From: Pirellulales bacterium
Lineage (GTDB): Bacteria; Planctomycetota; Planctomycetia; Pirellulales; JBBRCE01
Assembly: GCA_038205115.1 (NCBI GenBank)
Contig: JBBRCE010000005.1
Location: forward strand, 79,754 to 143,753
Direction of reading: 5' to 3'
Length of the DNA: 64,000 nt
In this document: piece after piece, positions 10,874 to 21,100 of the stretch
How positions within the stretch are numbered: the stretch's first letter is position 1
How the letters are laid out: each line of letters starts with the position of its first letter
Notes under the pieces: model-generated
What the model was told of the DNA's origin: nothing
The model's database searches: none
Seen by the model: the letters and a program-made list of their open reading frames with translations, nothing else
Position numbers and translations under genes: made by a program

Positions 10874-11215
10874 ATGCAGCTCGATTGGCGAAGGTGGGAG
10901 AAAATTAGCAGGCAGCGAGCAACGTCGAGTCGCGGATAACTTCAATTTAATCCGTGCGCATGGAAATCGCAATCATTTGCAAAAAAACGTGGCGTTTACC
11001 AGGCGCAACATAACCGTCGTCGCTCAAACGGCAGGGACGGTTTTTTTGCGTCAACAGTCGTTGAATTGCGATGCCGAACTATTTCTTGCTCTCGGTTGCG
11101 CAAGCGGCATCCGCGCCAACCCGCGGGTTCGAGACGGGGCTCGGTCCAGGACCGATCGCGCCTGCAGTGCTACGAGTGTGAACTTTGCCAACGTCGATGC
11201 AGCCAAACGCGTCGA

Positions 11216-11494
11216 CTAGGAAATGACCACGTCGCGACAATGACTGAAGTCGCAAACGGCAATCAGCACCATTGTGGTCAGCGTGGTGCCCGAGGCCAGC
11301 CAATAGCTAGGGCCAAATTGCCAGGCCGTGATTGTGATCAGCCCAACGGCGCACAACAGCATGAAGAACAGCATTTGCGCAGCCACCTGTCGACGTGAGC
11401 CGCCAATGAGTCGAGCGACCCAGGCACTCACAAAACCTAACAGATTGACGCTTAAAAACGACCAAAAGAACGTGGTGGCTTCCATGGCCAGCAT
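11216..11494 (-). CDS. Small hypothetical membrane protein (about 3 TM helices)
   Basis: Three hydrophobic stretches; GGGGAGAG SD-like sequence upstream of ATG 11494. Confidence 0.65.
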   Translation of the reverse strand: MLAMEATTFFWSFLSVNLLGFVSAWVARLIGGSRRQVAAQMLFFMLLCAVGLITITAWQFGPSYWLASGTTLTTMVLIAVCDFSHCRDVVIS

Positions 11495-11830
11495 TCTTGC
11501 TCTCCCCAAATTTGCGTCGCTAGCAGAAATGGTGCTTCCGCACCCGGCCGAACATCCTTGTTCGAGCACCGCGCCTAAAAGCGAAAGGTGTGCCAACGCC
11601 CGTTGGACAACTCCATTTATCCGGCAACGTGACTGTTAATTGTTTCAGCGATTGATTTTGCGTAAACGCGTTAAATTTTAGATATGTGCAAATTGCTGCT
11701 TGCCGATTGCACCTAACAGGTAAACTTTAGCAAATCTTACAATTCTTGAAAGAATTGCGGCAGAATTCGGCGGCAAATCGCAGCATGGCAAAAGTGCTAG
11801 TAGCGAGCCACGCTGGCGGCGCCGACATCG

Positions 11831-12871
11831 CTACGGCAATTTCGCCGGCGCTGGTCGCCCTGAGAGACAACAGTCCACAGGGCAGATATCGTGGCTGGCC
11901 GGAAACTGCCCAACCGCCGGTCGATCATGACGATCTTCGACACGTTCAGCGATCAAGTCGCGGACCATGCGGACGAACTGCGGATCGTTGCCAACCGTGG
12001 CAGCGCGAATCATGTTCAACCCGAGCTCGCGGCAAAGATCCGCGGCTTCGGTATCGAGGTCGTACATCACTTCCAAGTGATCGGACAGGAACCCAATGGG
12101 TGCAATGATTACGTCCGCCGCGGGCTGCTCGGCGTGAATTTGCCGTAGATAGTCGCAAACATCCGGCTCCAGCCAAGGTTGCGTTGGCGGACCACTGCGA
12201 CTCTGATAAACGAGTTTCCAATTGGCGTAGCCCAGTTGACTGCAAACCAAACGTCCGGTTTCTAGCAACTGCCGCTCGTAGTTGCAGCCCTGGGCCATTG
12301 ATTGCGGGATGCTGTGCGCGGTGAAGACAATTCGGGCCGCCGCCCTATTTTGGCTAGGCAATTGCTCAATTGCCGATTGCACGCAGCGGGCAATGACTTG
12401 CACAAACGCGGGATGATTATAAAACACGCGCACTTTATCCACCTGCGGCGCGTCGGAGCCAACTTCTCGCTGCGCGAGTTGGATATTCTCACGGTACTGC
12501 CGACAACCGGAATACGAACTGTAAGCGGATGTAAAATAAGCAATGGCTCGTTTCACGCCGTCGGCAGCCATTTGCCGCAGGGTGTCTGGTAGCAGCGGTT
12601 GCCAATTCCGATTACCCCAATAAATGGGCAAGTTTGGACCATGCTTGTTCAGTTCCGCCTGCAACGCGACGATCAACTGTCGATTTTGTTCATTGAGCGG
12701 GCTAACGCCGTTGAAATGCTGATAGTGCTCGGCCACCTGCAGCATTCGCTCACGCGGCACATTCTTGCCACGGAGCACATTCTCAAGAAATGGCATGACT
12801 TCGTCCGGTCCCTCGGGACCACCGAAAGACACGATCAGAATCGCATCGTAAGGCGTGGTTGACGAAGCCAT
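11831..12871 (-). CDS. hemH: Ferrochelatase
   Basis: SFGGPE, VFTAHSIP, YQSRSGP..PWLEPD, PIGFLSDHLEV.YDLD. Confidence 0.95.
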   Translation of the reverse strand: MASSTTPYDAILIVSFGGPEGPDEVMPFLENVLRGKNVPRERMLQVAEHYQHFNGVSPLNEQNRQLIVALQAELNKHGPNLPIYWGNRNWQPLLPDTLRQMAADGVKRAIAYFTSAYSSYSGCRQYRENIQLAQREVGSDAPQVDKVRVFYNHPAFVQVIARCVQSAIEQLPSQNRAAARIVFTAHSIPQSMAQGCNYERQLLETGRLVCSQLGYANWKLVYQSRSGPPTQPWLEPDVCDYLRQIHAEQPAADVIIAPIGFLSDHLEVMYDLDTEAADLCRELGLNMIRAATVGNDPQFVRMVRDLIAERVEDRHDRPAVGQFPASHDICPVDCCLSGRPAPAKLP

Positions 12872-12893
12872 ATTTGGCCCAAAGCAGAAAAGA

Positions 12894-12968
12894 TGACCCC
12901 GACGGGATTTGAACCCGTGTTATCGGCGTGAAAGGCCGGTGTCCTAGACCAGGCTAGACGACGGGGCC
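12894..12968 (-). tRNA. tRNA-Glu (anticodon UUC); CCA not encoded
   Basis: Minus strand reads GGCCCCGTCGTCTAGCCTGGTCTAGGACACCGGCCTTTCACGCCGATAACACGGGTTCAAATCCCGTCGGGGTCA: acceptor stem, D-loop GG, CT-TTC-AC anticodon loop, GGTTCAAATCC T-arm. Confidence 0.97.
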
Positions 12969-12984
12969 GCTAACCAAAGCGGTG

Positions 12985-13014
12985 TGTATAACGGCTCGCT
13001 GGCCGGTTCGTCAA
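12985..13014 (-). promoter_or_regulatory. Putative sigma70-type promoter for tRNA-Glu/hemH
   Basis: Minus strand TTGACG-N18-TATACA ending 16 nt before the tRNA 5' end. Confidence 0.5.
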
Positions 13015-13192
13015 GTGGTGATGCCGCCGACGGCGCGCAAGAATCCGTCGCCACCAATAAAAAATGCCGCCCAACGCCAACTCGTCTGGTGCAGACGAAT
13101 CGACCTGGCGGCAACAATAAATCAATCAGCCAACCGGCGCAGTCGTGTCTTGCCGCTTGGCAAAACTGCGAGAGGCGACCGTTACGCGCCTG

Positions 13193-13414
13193 CTACTCAG
13201 CAGCCGTCGCGCCGTCGTTTTCGGTGGACAGCTTTTCGCCCGCAGTCAGGTCGTTGCGACGAATCGCATCGTAGACTTCGCGACGGTGGACCGGCACTTC
13301 CTTGGGCGCTTCGACGCCCAGGCGCACTTTGTCGCCACGAATCTCCACGACCACGATCGTAATGTCATTGTTGATGACAATGCTTTCGTTTTTCTTTCGC
13401 GAGAGAACAAGCAT
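13193..13414 (-). CDS. csrA: Carbon storage regulator
   Basis: MLVLSRKKNESIVI...GDKVRLGVEAPKEVPVHRREVY. Confidence 0.97.
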   Translation of the reverse strand: MLVLSRKKNESIVINNDITIVVVEIRGDKVRLGVEAPKEVPVHRREVYDAIRRNDLTAGEKLSTENDGATAAE

Positions 13415-13574
13415 GTTCCAAATTCCTTCCGCTTAGAACAGTAGATCAGCGACTTTTAGCTCACAGCGATCAGCCAGCCTGTAGCGTCTGGCCCAAAATT
13501 CGCCCGAGTGCGTGGGCTAATTGCCCCCCTTGACACTCGTTAAAAAGGCGTTCTACCGTTGATTCCTTCATTTC

Positions 13575-13602
13575 ACTCTACGTGCTGTATTTGCTTAGTC
13601 AA
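13575..13602 (-). promoter_or_regulatory. Putative sigma70-type promoter for csrA
   Basis: Minus strand TTGACT-N16-TAGAGT about 160 nt upstream of the csrA start. Confidence 0.45.
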
Positions 13603-13974
13603 GTAAACCCATCTCGCAATAAGTCGCGAAATTGCCACTTGGGAGCCGGACTTCAAACGTTTAAGCGGCTACACCACTTGACACGCGGTCGCAACCCTCA
13701 CCAGCGGTCGCTAGCTTGCACTAGTCGCAAGTCCAAATTTTGCAATGGTTTACAAAACTAATGCACTCTTTGGCGAGTAACGGTTCTCGCGACGCATCGC
13801 CCGAAAATGAACAGTCCGGTCGAGGCGTTGCAATTTGGGAAATTATTGCGAAAAATATCAGGCAGCGCGTCGGACTATTTCTTGAAATTGTGACTGATAG
13901 GTTCTTTTATCACCAATTGGCCCAATGTCTGCATAGCTGGGCGCGAACGACCGCATAACTGCGATTTCCGACGC

Positions 13975-14002
13975 TTGCGTTCGCAGGGGGTTGCCTTATA
14001 AT
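13975..14002 (+). promoter_or_regulatory. Putative sigma70-type promoter for the nuoI-like gene
   Basis: TTGCGT-N16-TATAAT, about 80 nt upstream of ATG 14082. Confidence 0.5.
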
Positions 14003-14081
14003 CCGGCATGTTGTCCGCTTTGCGGGCATTTGCGAAACGATTCAGACGAGTTTGTCCCTTGCAGGGAAGGCGGGTGCGGCT

Positions 14082-14609
14082 ATGCGGCAGTGGTTCGCGG
14101 ACATTTGGGATGCGGTGTCGACCGTGCTCGGTGGTCTTTGGGTCACGTTGCGTTATTGGTTCAAAACCTACGATCCGAATCGAAAGACGTTTACCGAGCA
14201 CTTCGAGTATCCCGAGTTGCCAGTGCCGGTTGCCGCCCGCTATCGCGGGTTTCATCGCTACGACCTGACGACCTGCATTTCGTGCGATCAATGTGCCAAG
14301 GCTTGCCCTGTCGATTGCATCTATATCGGTAAAGAACGGGTGACCGACGGCAAGGGATTCAAAATCACCGGCTTCACCATCGATTATTCGAAGTGCATGT
14401 TTTGTGCTTTGTGCGTGGAACCCTGCCCCGTGGATTGCATCTTCATGGGCGCGACTCACGACTTAAGTTGTTACAGCCGCGATGGATGCATTGTCGATTT
14501 CTCGCGACTGCCGGTCGACATTGCCTGGGGGCGTGCCACCCTGAATCCCACGGCGGTTGCCGGCAGTAAAGTTATCACCGAGCCGGTTCACGGCGGTCCG
14601 AATCAGTAA
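14082..14609 (+). CDS. nuoI: NADH-quinone oxidoreductase subunit I-like 2x[4Fe-4S] protein
   Basis: GL.VT, EYPE, RYRGFH, CISCDQCAKACP, IDYSKCMFCALCVEPCP. Confidence 0.82.
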   Translation: MRQWFADIWDAVSTVLGGLWVTLRYWFKTYDPNRKTFTEHFEYPELPVPVAARYRGFHRYDLTTCISCDQCAKACPVDCIYIGKERVTDGKGFKITGFTIDYSKCMFCALCVEPCPVDCIFMGATHDLSCYSRDGCIVDFSRLPVDIAWGRATLNPTAVAGSKVITEPVHGGPNQ

Positions 14610-14620
14610 AGGCGCTGCAT

Positions 14621-15082
14621 TTGAACGCGGATCAAAGTCACGACCGTAAATTATTCACGGTGGCGCAAGCCAACGCCACATTGCCGCTGGTCAGCGCCAT
14701 TGCCAAGGATCTTTCAGAGCTAGCGCGAGAGGTGGTCGATCGTCGCGAGCGTTTATCGCTGTTGATGTCCGACCATCGCGACCAAAACGATCTTTACGGC
14801 CAAGAATTGGATCAAATTCGCGACGAGCTCGAAAAAGATGGCAGTCGCTTGCAAGACTTCGTGCAAGAACTGATCGAACTTGGCACCGAGCCCAAAGATC
14901 CCATTCAAGGACTCGTGGATTTTCCCTGCTTGTTGGACGGGAGAGTCATCTATCTGTGCTGGCGGCTTGGCGAACCCGAACTGCTTTACTGGCATGAGCT
15001 CGATTCCGGTTTCAGTGGGCGCAAACCGCTTAATTCGCACGAAATTGTGGACGGAAAGCCGGCGGAGCACACGCTCAATTAG
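14621..15082 (+). CDS. DUF2203 domain protein
   Basis: FTVAQANATLP, KDP..GLVDFP, YLCWRLGEPEL.YWH....GF.GRKP. Confidence 0.88.
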   Translation: MNADQSHDRKLFTVAQANATLPLVSAIAKDLSELAREVVDRRERLSLLMSDHRDQNDLYGQELDQIRDELEKDGSRLQDFVQELIELGTEPKDPIQGLVDFPCLLDGRVIYLCWRLGEPELLYWHELDSGFSGRKPLNSHEIVDGKPAEHTLN

Positions 15083-15324
15083 TTCCGCGAGCCGCCTCTG
15101 CTGGTCGTTTTTTGATTTGTGGACTTAACGCCGGGCAACACGACTACCCAAAAGTTTGGCGCAGTAGCGGCAGCCGTCGCTCCGGAGCTGCCGATTGACG
15201 GCGCGTGGTTTGCTTAAAGCGCTCACACCTCGCTAAGTTAGTGATTTACGTGAATTGAATGCCCGATACTTACGCAAGGGTGTGGAAAAATTAAGCAAAT
15301 CGCACGTCAATGTTGGAGTTTGCC

Positions 15325-16830
15325 ATGCCTCCGGTGGTGCAAGAACCGATGACGGCCGCCCCAGTCTTTTCGACGTACAACACTGACGGTTTCTACGACG
15401 AAATCTACGATCAGGCAGGTCAGCCGCGCCCCGAGGCTGCGCTGATGGCGTCGCGGTTGAACGCGCTTTCGCCCGGCGAGTTGCAGCTTCGGCAACGCAC
15501 CGCCGATCACGAGTTGTTGAACATGGGCATCACGTTCAACGTTTATGGCCATGAAGCGGGCACCGAAAAAGTCTGGCCCTTCGATCTGATTCCACGGATC
15601 ATCAACGAGCCGGAATGGCGTTATATCGAAGACGGTTTGAAGCAGCGAATCACCGCGCTCAACCTGTTTATTGACGATATCTACAACGAGCAAAAGATCG
15701 TTCGCGACGGCGTTTTTCCGGAGTACATGGTCAAGTCGAGTAAAGGTTTTTTGCCGCAGTGCATCGGGCTTAAACCGCCTCGCAACATTTGGTGCCACAT
15801 CACCGGCACTGACCTGGTCCGCGATAATGATGGCCAAATTTATGTTTTGGAAGACAACCTGCGATGTCCTTCGGGCGTTTCCTACGTGCTGGAAAATCGC
15901 GAGGTCATGAAGCGGACCTTTCCGCGGCTGTTCGATGGGCAATCGATTTTGCCGGTCGAAGGTTATCCCGAACAATTATTGAAGATGCTGCAGTACATTG
16001 CGCCCAGCCATTTGCGCGAACCGACCGTGGTGGTGCTGACTCCTGGAATTTACAATTCGGCCTATTTCGAGCACTGCTTTCTAGCGCAGCAGATGGGTGT
16101 TGAACTCGTTCAAGGCAGTGACTTGGTCGTCATCGACAAAGTGGTTTTCATGCGTACCACCAGCGGCATGAAGCGCGTGGACGTGATCTATCGCCGCATC
16201 GACGACGACTTCATCGACCCGAAAACTTTCCGGCCCGATTCCACGTTGGGCGTGCCAGGCATCATGGACGCGTACCGCGCCGGAAATGTCGGATTAGTCA
16301 ATGCACCTGGCACTGGCGTGGCCGACGACAAAGCCGTTTACGCGTTTGTGCCGCAGATGGTCAAATACTACCTGGGCGAAGACATCAAGTTGCCCAACGT
16401 GCCAACCTACTTATGCAGCGACGATCAGCAGCGCCAGCATGTGTTGGCGAATCTCGACAAATTGGTGATTAAGCCGGCAAATGAGTCGGGCGGTTACGGC
16501 ATTTTGCTCGGTCCGCGGGCCTCGGCGGATCAATTGGAAAAGTATCGAGAATTAATCGGCGCCAACCCGCGCAATTACGTTGCCCAACCGATGTTGGCGT
16601 TGTCGCGTGTGCCGACCATCGTGGGCGATCATCTCGAAGGCCGTCATGTTGATTTGCGGCCCTATATTCTATATGGCGAAGAGATTTACATCCTTCCAGG
16701 CGGGTTAACGCGAGTCGCCCTTGTCAAAGGCTCGCTGGTGGTCAACTCCTCGCAAGGCGGCGGGAGCAAAGATACTTGGGTGCTCAAAAACGGCAACTCA
16801 CGCAATCATGCTCCACTGGCGTCGGGTTAA
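15325..16830 (+). CDS. Circularly permuted ATP-grasp type 2 protein
   Basis: [72 protein letters not shown]. Confidence 0.95.
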   Translation: MPPVVQEPMTAAPVFSTYNTDGFYDEIYDQAGQPRPEAALMASRLNALSPGELQLRQRTADHELLNMGITFNVYGHEAGTEKVWPFDLIPRIINEPEWRYIEDGLKQRITALNLFIDDIYNEQKIVRDGVFPEYMVKSSKGFLPQCIGLKPPRNIWCHITGTDLVRDNDGQIYVLEDNLRCPSGVSYVLENREVMKRTFPRLFDGQSILPVEGYPEQLLKMLQYIAPSHLREPTVVVLTPGIYNSAYFEHCFLAQQMGVELVQGSDLVVIDKVVFMRTTSGMKRVDVIYRRIDDDFIDPKTFRPDSTLGVPGIMDAYRAGNVGLVNAPGTGVADDKAVYAFVPQMVKYYLGEDIKLPNVPTYLCSDDQQRQHVLANLDKLVIKPANESGGYGILLGPRASADQLEKYRELIGANPRNYVAQPMLALSRVPTIVGDHLEGRHVDLRPYILYGEEIYILPGGLTRVALVKGSLVVNSSQGGGSKDTWVLKNGNSRNHAPLASG

Positions 16831-16839
16831 ACGGATATT

Positions 16840-17895
16840 ATGCTCAGTCGTGTCGCTGAATCGGTCTACTGGATGAGTCGGTATGTCGAGCGTGCGGAGA
16901 ATATCGCCCGCCTGATCGACGTCAATCTGACGATGTCGCTCGACTTGGGGCCAGAAATGGCGCACCAGTGGGCGCCGCTGATTGCCACGACCGGCGATCA
17001 AGAAGATTTCAACGCCCGTTACGGGCCGCCGACGCAAGAAAAAGTCTTGCAATTTCTGGCCTTCGATGACGAGAACCCCAATTCCGTACTGAGTTGCCTG
17101 CGGCGGGCACGCGAGAACGCCCGCACCGTTCGTGAGATGGTCAGTTCGCAGTTATGGGAAGAGCTGAATAAGTTCTACCTGCTGGTTCGCGATGCGAGCA
17201 CCGATTCGCGCGTGCTGGAATCGCCCTACGATCTGTTCGCGCGGATCAAGCAGTTCAGTTATCTGATCGAAGGCGTGATGGTTGGCACCATGTCGCACGG
17301 CGAAGCCTGGCATTTTGCCCGCATCGGCAAGTTGCTGGAACGCGCCGACAAAACGTCTCGCATTCTGGACGTGAAATATTTTCTGCTGCTGCCACACTTG
17401 GCGGACGTAGGCACACCGCTCGACACCGTGCAGTGGGGTGCGCTGCTGAAGTCTGTCAGTGGGCTGGAAATGTATCGCAAAAAACATGGCCGGATCACGC
17501 CCCGCAACGTCGCCGAGTTTATGGTCCTTGACCGCGACTTTCCCCGCACGATGCACTTTTGCCTGTTACGAGGCGAACAATCGCTACTAGCCATCACCGG
17601 AAGTTCGGCCGGAACTTTTCGGACCAAGGCGGAACAAAGATTGGGCCGACTACGTGCCGAATTAGATTACGCGCACATTGACGAAATCATCTCCGGCGGC
17701 CTGCACGAATTCATCGACGAATTCCAAACGCAGCTCAACGCCGTCGGTGAAGCCGTCTTCGAAACGTTTTTTGCGCTCAAAGCGGTCAGTGAGCAGTCGG
17801 GACGTGCGATGGACGGACACTCGGCAACATCGAAAAAATCGGACGTATCGCAGCAGTCGCAATCGCAATCGCAGTCGCAAATTGCCTCGGCTTAG
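16840..17895 (+). CDS. Alpha-E domain protein
   Basis: MLSRVAES.YWM.RY.ERAEN.AR, ARENAR..RE, ERADKTSRILDVKY; SQ-repeat tail. Confidence 0.95.
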   Translation: MLSRVAESVYWMSRYVERAENIARLIDVNLTMSLDLGPEMAHQWAPLIATTGDQEDFNARYGPPTQEKVLQFLAFDDENPNSVLSCLRRARENARTVREMVSSQLWEELNKFYLLVRDASTDSRVLESPYDLFARIKQFSYLIEGVMVGTMSHGEAWHFARIGKLLERADKTSRILDVKYFLLLPHLADVGTPLDTVQWGALLKSVSGLEMYRKKHGRITPRNVAEFMVLDRDFPRTMHFCLLRGEQSLLAITGSSAGTFRTKAEQRLGRLRAELDYAHIDEIISGGLHEFIDEFQTQLNAVGEAVFETFFALKAVSEQSGRAMDGHSATSKKSDVSQQSQSQSQSQIASA

Positions 17896-18137
17896 TCTGC
17901 GCCCGCTTGCAAACTGGCGACGTCCCAATCACGATGCCCCGGTGGCGACGCACAACCGCTGCAGAGGTGAGGTCGAAATGGTCTGCGGCGGTTCTCAGGG
18001 ACCGAGCGAGATCTTGCCTTTTGCCGCGACCGGCAAAAGGGGCATGATGCCTGCATGTTTTTCGGTTTCACGACACTTTGGCAAGAGCAAGGCGCGCCAG
18101 GCGGCCGCTGCGAACTCGCCTTTCGGATTTCTGATTT

Positions 18138-21100
18138 ATGGCCATTCGTGTCTCGCTGGTTCATCGCACGGCATATCATTACGACCGCCTGGTCACATTG
18201 TCGCCGCAAGTCATTCGGCTCCGCCCCGCCCCGCATTGCCGAACTCCCATCAATAGCTATTCGTTGCGGATCGAACCCGAGCAGCACTTTTTGAATTGGC
18301 AGCAGGATCCGCACGGCAACTTCCTGGCGCGCGCGGTATTTCCCAACCTGACCAACGTGTTTTCGCTGGAAGTCGCGCTCACCGCCGAGTTGACGGTGAT
18401 CAACCCCTTCGACTTTTTCCTTGAGCCCGAAGCCTGCGACTTTCCGTTTCAATATGCACCGTGGCTGGATTCTGAACTTGCCGCCTACCGCAAGCTCGAC
18501 CAAACCGGTCCCAAATTCGCCGAACTGCTGACCAAGATCCCCCGCGAAAAAACCCCGACAATCGATTTTCTCGTCGCGCTCAACTCACTGCTCAACGGAC
18601 TCACCGGCTACGTCATTCGCTTGGAGCCGGGCGTGCAGGGCTGTGAAGAAACGCTGGAAAAGGGCACTGGCTCATGCCGCGACTCCGCCTGGCTGATGGT
18701 GCAGATTTTGCGTCATCTGGGCTTGGCCGCGCGGTTCGTCTCCGGATATTTGATCCAGATCAAGCCCGACGTCAAGTCGCTGGATGGTCCGTCCGGAACC
18801 GATCATGACTTTTGCGATCTGCACGCTTGGACGGAAGTCTATCTGCCTGGTGCCGGCTGGGTTGGTCTCGACCCCACCTCCGGCCTGTTCGCTGGCGAAG
18901 GCCATTTGCCGCTGGCGGCTACGCCCGATCCCACGTCGGCTGCGCCCATCACCGGCGGTGTGGACGAGTGCAAAACGGAATTCACGTTTGCGATGACCGT
19001 CGAGCGCATCCACGAAGACCCGCGCGTCACCAAGCCCTACACCGACGAGCAATGGGCAAAAATCGCATCGCTGGGTCAATCCGTCGACCAGCGCCTCAAC
19101 GCGCAAGATATGCGTTTGACGATGGGCGGCGAGCCGACGTTCGTTTCCATCGATAACATGGACGGCCCTGAATGGAACACGGCCGCCATGGGCCCGCATA
19201 AGCGTAAGCTGGCAGACGAATTATTCCAGCGTTTGGCGGGACGGTTTGCCAATCGACCGTTGCTGCATTATGGGCAGGGCAAATGGTACCCTGGCGAGCC
19301 ACTACCGCGTTGGGCGATGGGCTGCTACTGGCGAAACGATGGCCTGCCCATCTGGCCAAATGAAAAACTGATCGCCAGCGATAGCGATAACAAGCATTTT
19401 GGCCCCGACAATGCCGCACTGTTCATTCGCACGTTGAGCAAGCACCTGAATGTCGGTGTCGAAAACATTACGCCCGCCTACGAAGACGCCTTATATTACG
19501 TCTGGCGCGAGCGACGTTTGCCGTCCAACGTCGATCCGCTCAAATGCCCGCTGGGCGAACCGGAAGAGCGCGCGCGGTTGGCCAAAGTTTTTGAGCAGGG
19601 CCTGCAAAAGATTGTCGGCTACGCGCTCCCGCTGCGACCGATTGGCCGCAATGCCATGCGGACGCAGTGGCAAACGCAACTCTGGAGTTTCCGCACTGAC
19701 CATCTTTACCTGATCCCTGGCGATTCGCCGATGGGCCTGCGGCTGCCGCTCGATTCGTTAGTTTGGGAAGCGCCCGAAAAACGTTATCAAGATTTCGCGC
19801 GCGATCCGTTTGCGTTCGTCGAGAGATCACAGGATGCGGTCACGCCGTTTGCCGATTTTGCCAGTCTGCGCGCGCTGCAAACCTCGCCTGCCAGCCTTCC
19901 GCTTGCCACCAGTTACCAGCGCGTGCCGGTCATGCAGACCGTCGGCGCTGTGCAGGCTGATGCGCAACTGGCCTACGCCCATGACGCATATGCCGGCGCG
20001 AACGGCAATGGCGAAAACGGCCGATCACACGACGAACTGCCGTTTGCGTCCGATCACCACACCAATGGACACGCGCACGACGGCGCTGCTTCAATAGGCG
20101 ATGTCGGCTCAACAGCCGACGCCGCGCTTCATCAACCGCTGCCGGCCGAAGTGGTTCGAACCGCCATCTGCGTGGAAGCCCGCAAAGGCATCCTGCACAT
20201 TTTCATGCCGCCGCTCAATGACGCGGAAGATTATTTGGATCTGCTTGCCGCCGTGCATGCCACGGCCGCCGAACTCAGCTATCCGGTACGGATCGAGGGG
20301 TACACGCCGCCCTACGATCCGCGTTTGGAAAACTTCAAAGTCACACCTGATCCGGGCGTGATCGAAGTCAACCTCCAGCCCGCCAGCAATTGGGAAGACT
20401 TGGTCGATAACACAACGGTCTTGTACGAGGAAGCGCGATTGGCTCGGCTCGGCACCGAGAAATTCATGCTCGATGGCCGTCATACCGGCACCGGCGGCGG
20501 CAACCATTTGGTGCTCGGCGGCGCCACGCCGGCCGATAGTCCGTTTTTGCGCCGGCCCGATCTGCTGCAAAGCCTGATTACCTATTGGAACAATCGGCCG
20601 TCATTGTCCTACGTGTTTTCCGGGCTGTTCGTCGGACCAACGAGTCAGGCGCCGCGTGTGGACGAAGCGCGCCATGAGAGTTTGTACGAACTGGAAACCG
20701 CGTTCACGCAGCTTCCGCCGCGTGAAGCCAATTTCCCCTGGGTGATCGATCGCGCCTTGCGAAATTTGCTGATCGATGTTTCTGGCAACACCCACCGCGC
20801 GGAGTTTTGTATTGACAAATTGTTCTCGCCAGAAACGTCGACCGGTCGGCTCGGTCTGGTTGAATTCAGGGCCTTTGAAATGCCGCCGCATGCGCAAATG
20901 AGTTTAACCCAGCAATTACTGGTGCGCGCGCTTGTTGCCCGGTTTAGCGAAACGCCGTATCGCGAGCCGCTGGTTCGCTGGAGCACGTCGCTGCACGATC
21001 GATTCTTGCTGCCGCACTTCTTGGCGCACGATCTGGCGGAAATTGTCGAGGAACTGAACGAAGTCGGTTTTGGCTTCGAGCACGATTGGTTTGCCACGCA

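Noticed and set aside
10979-11049. Inverted repeat / terminator-like CCGTC...GACGG-T7
   Set aside because: The T-tract orientation (+) does not match the flanking - strand genes and the stem is weak; no function can be supported.
12894-12968. tRNA as an integration site of an island or prophage
   Set aside because: No integrase, no duplicated tRNA 3' end noticed, and housekeeping genes on both sides.
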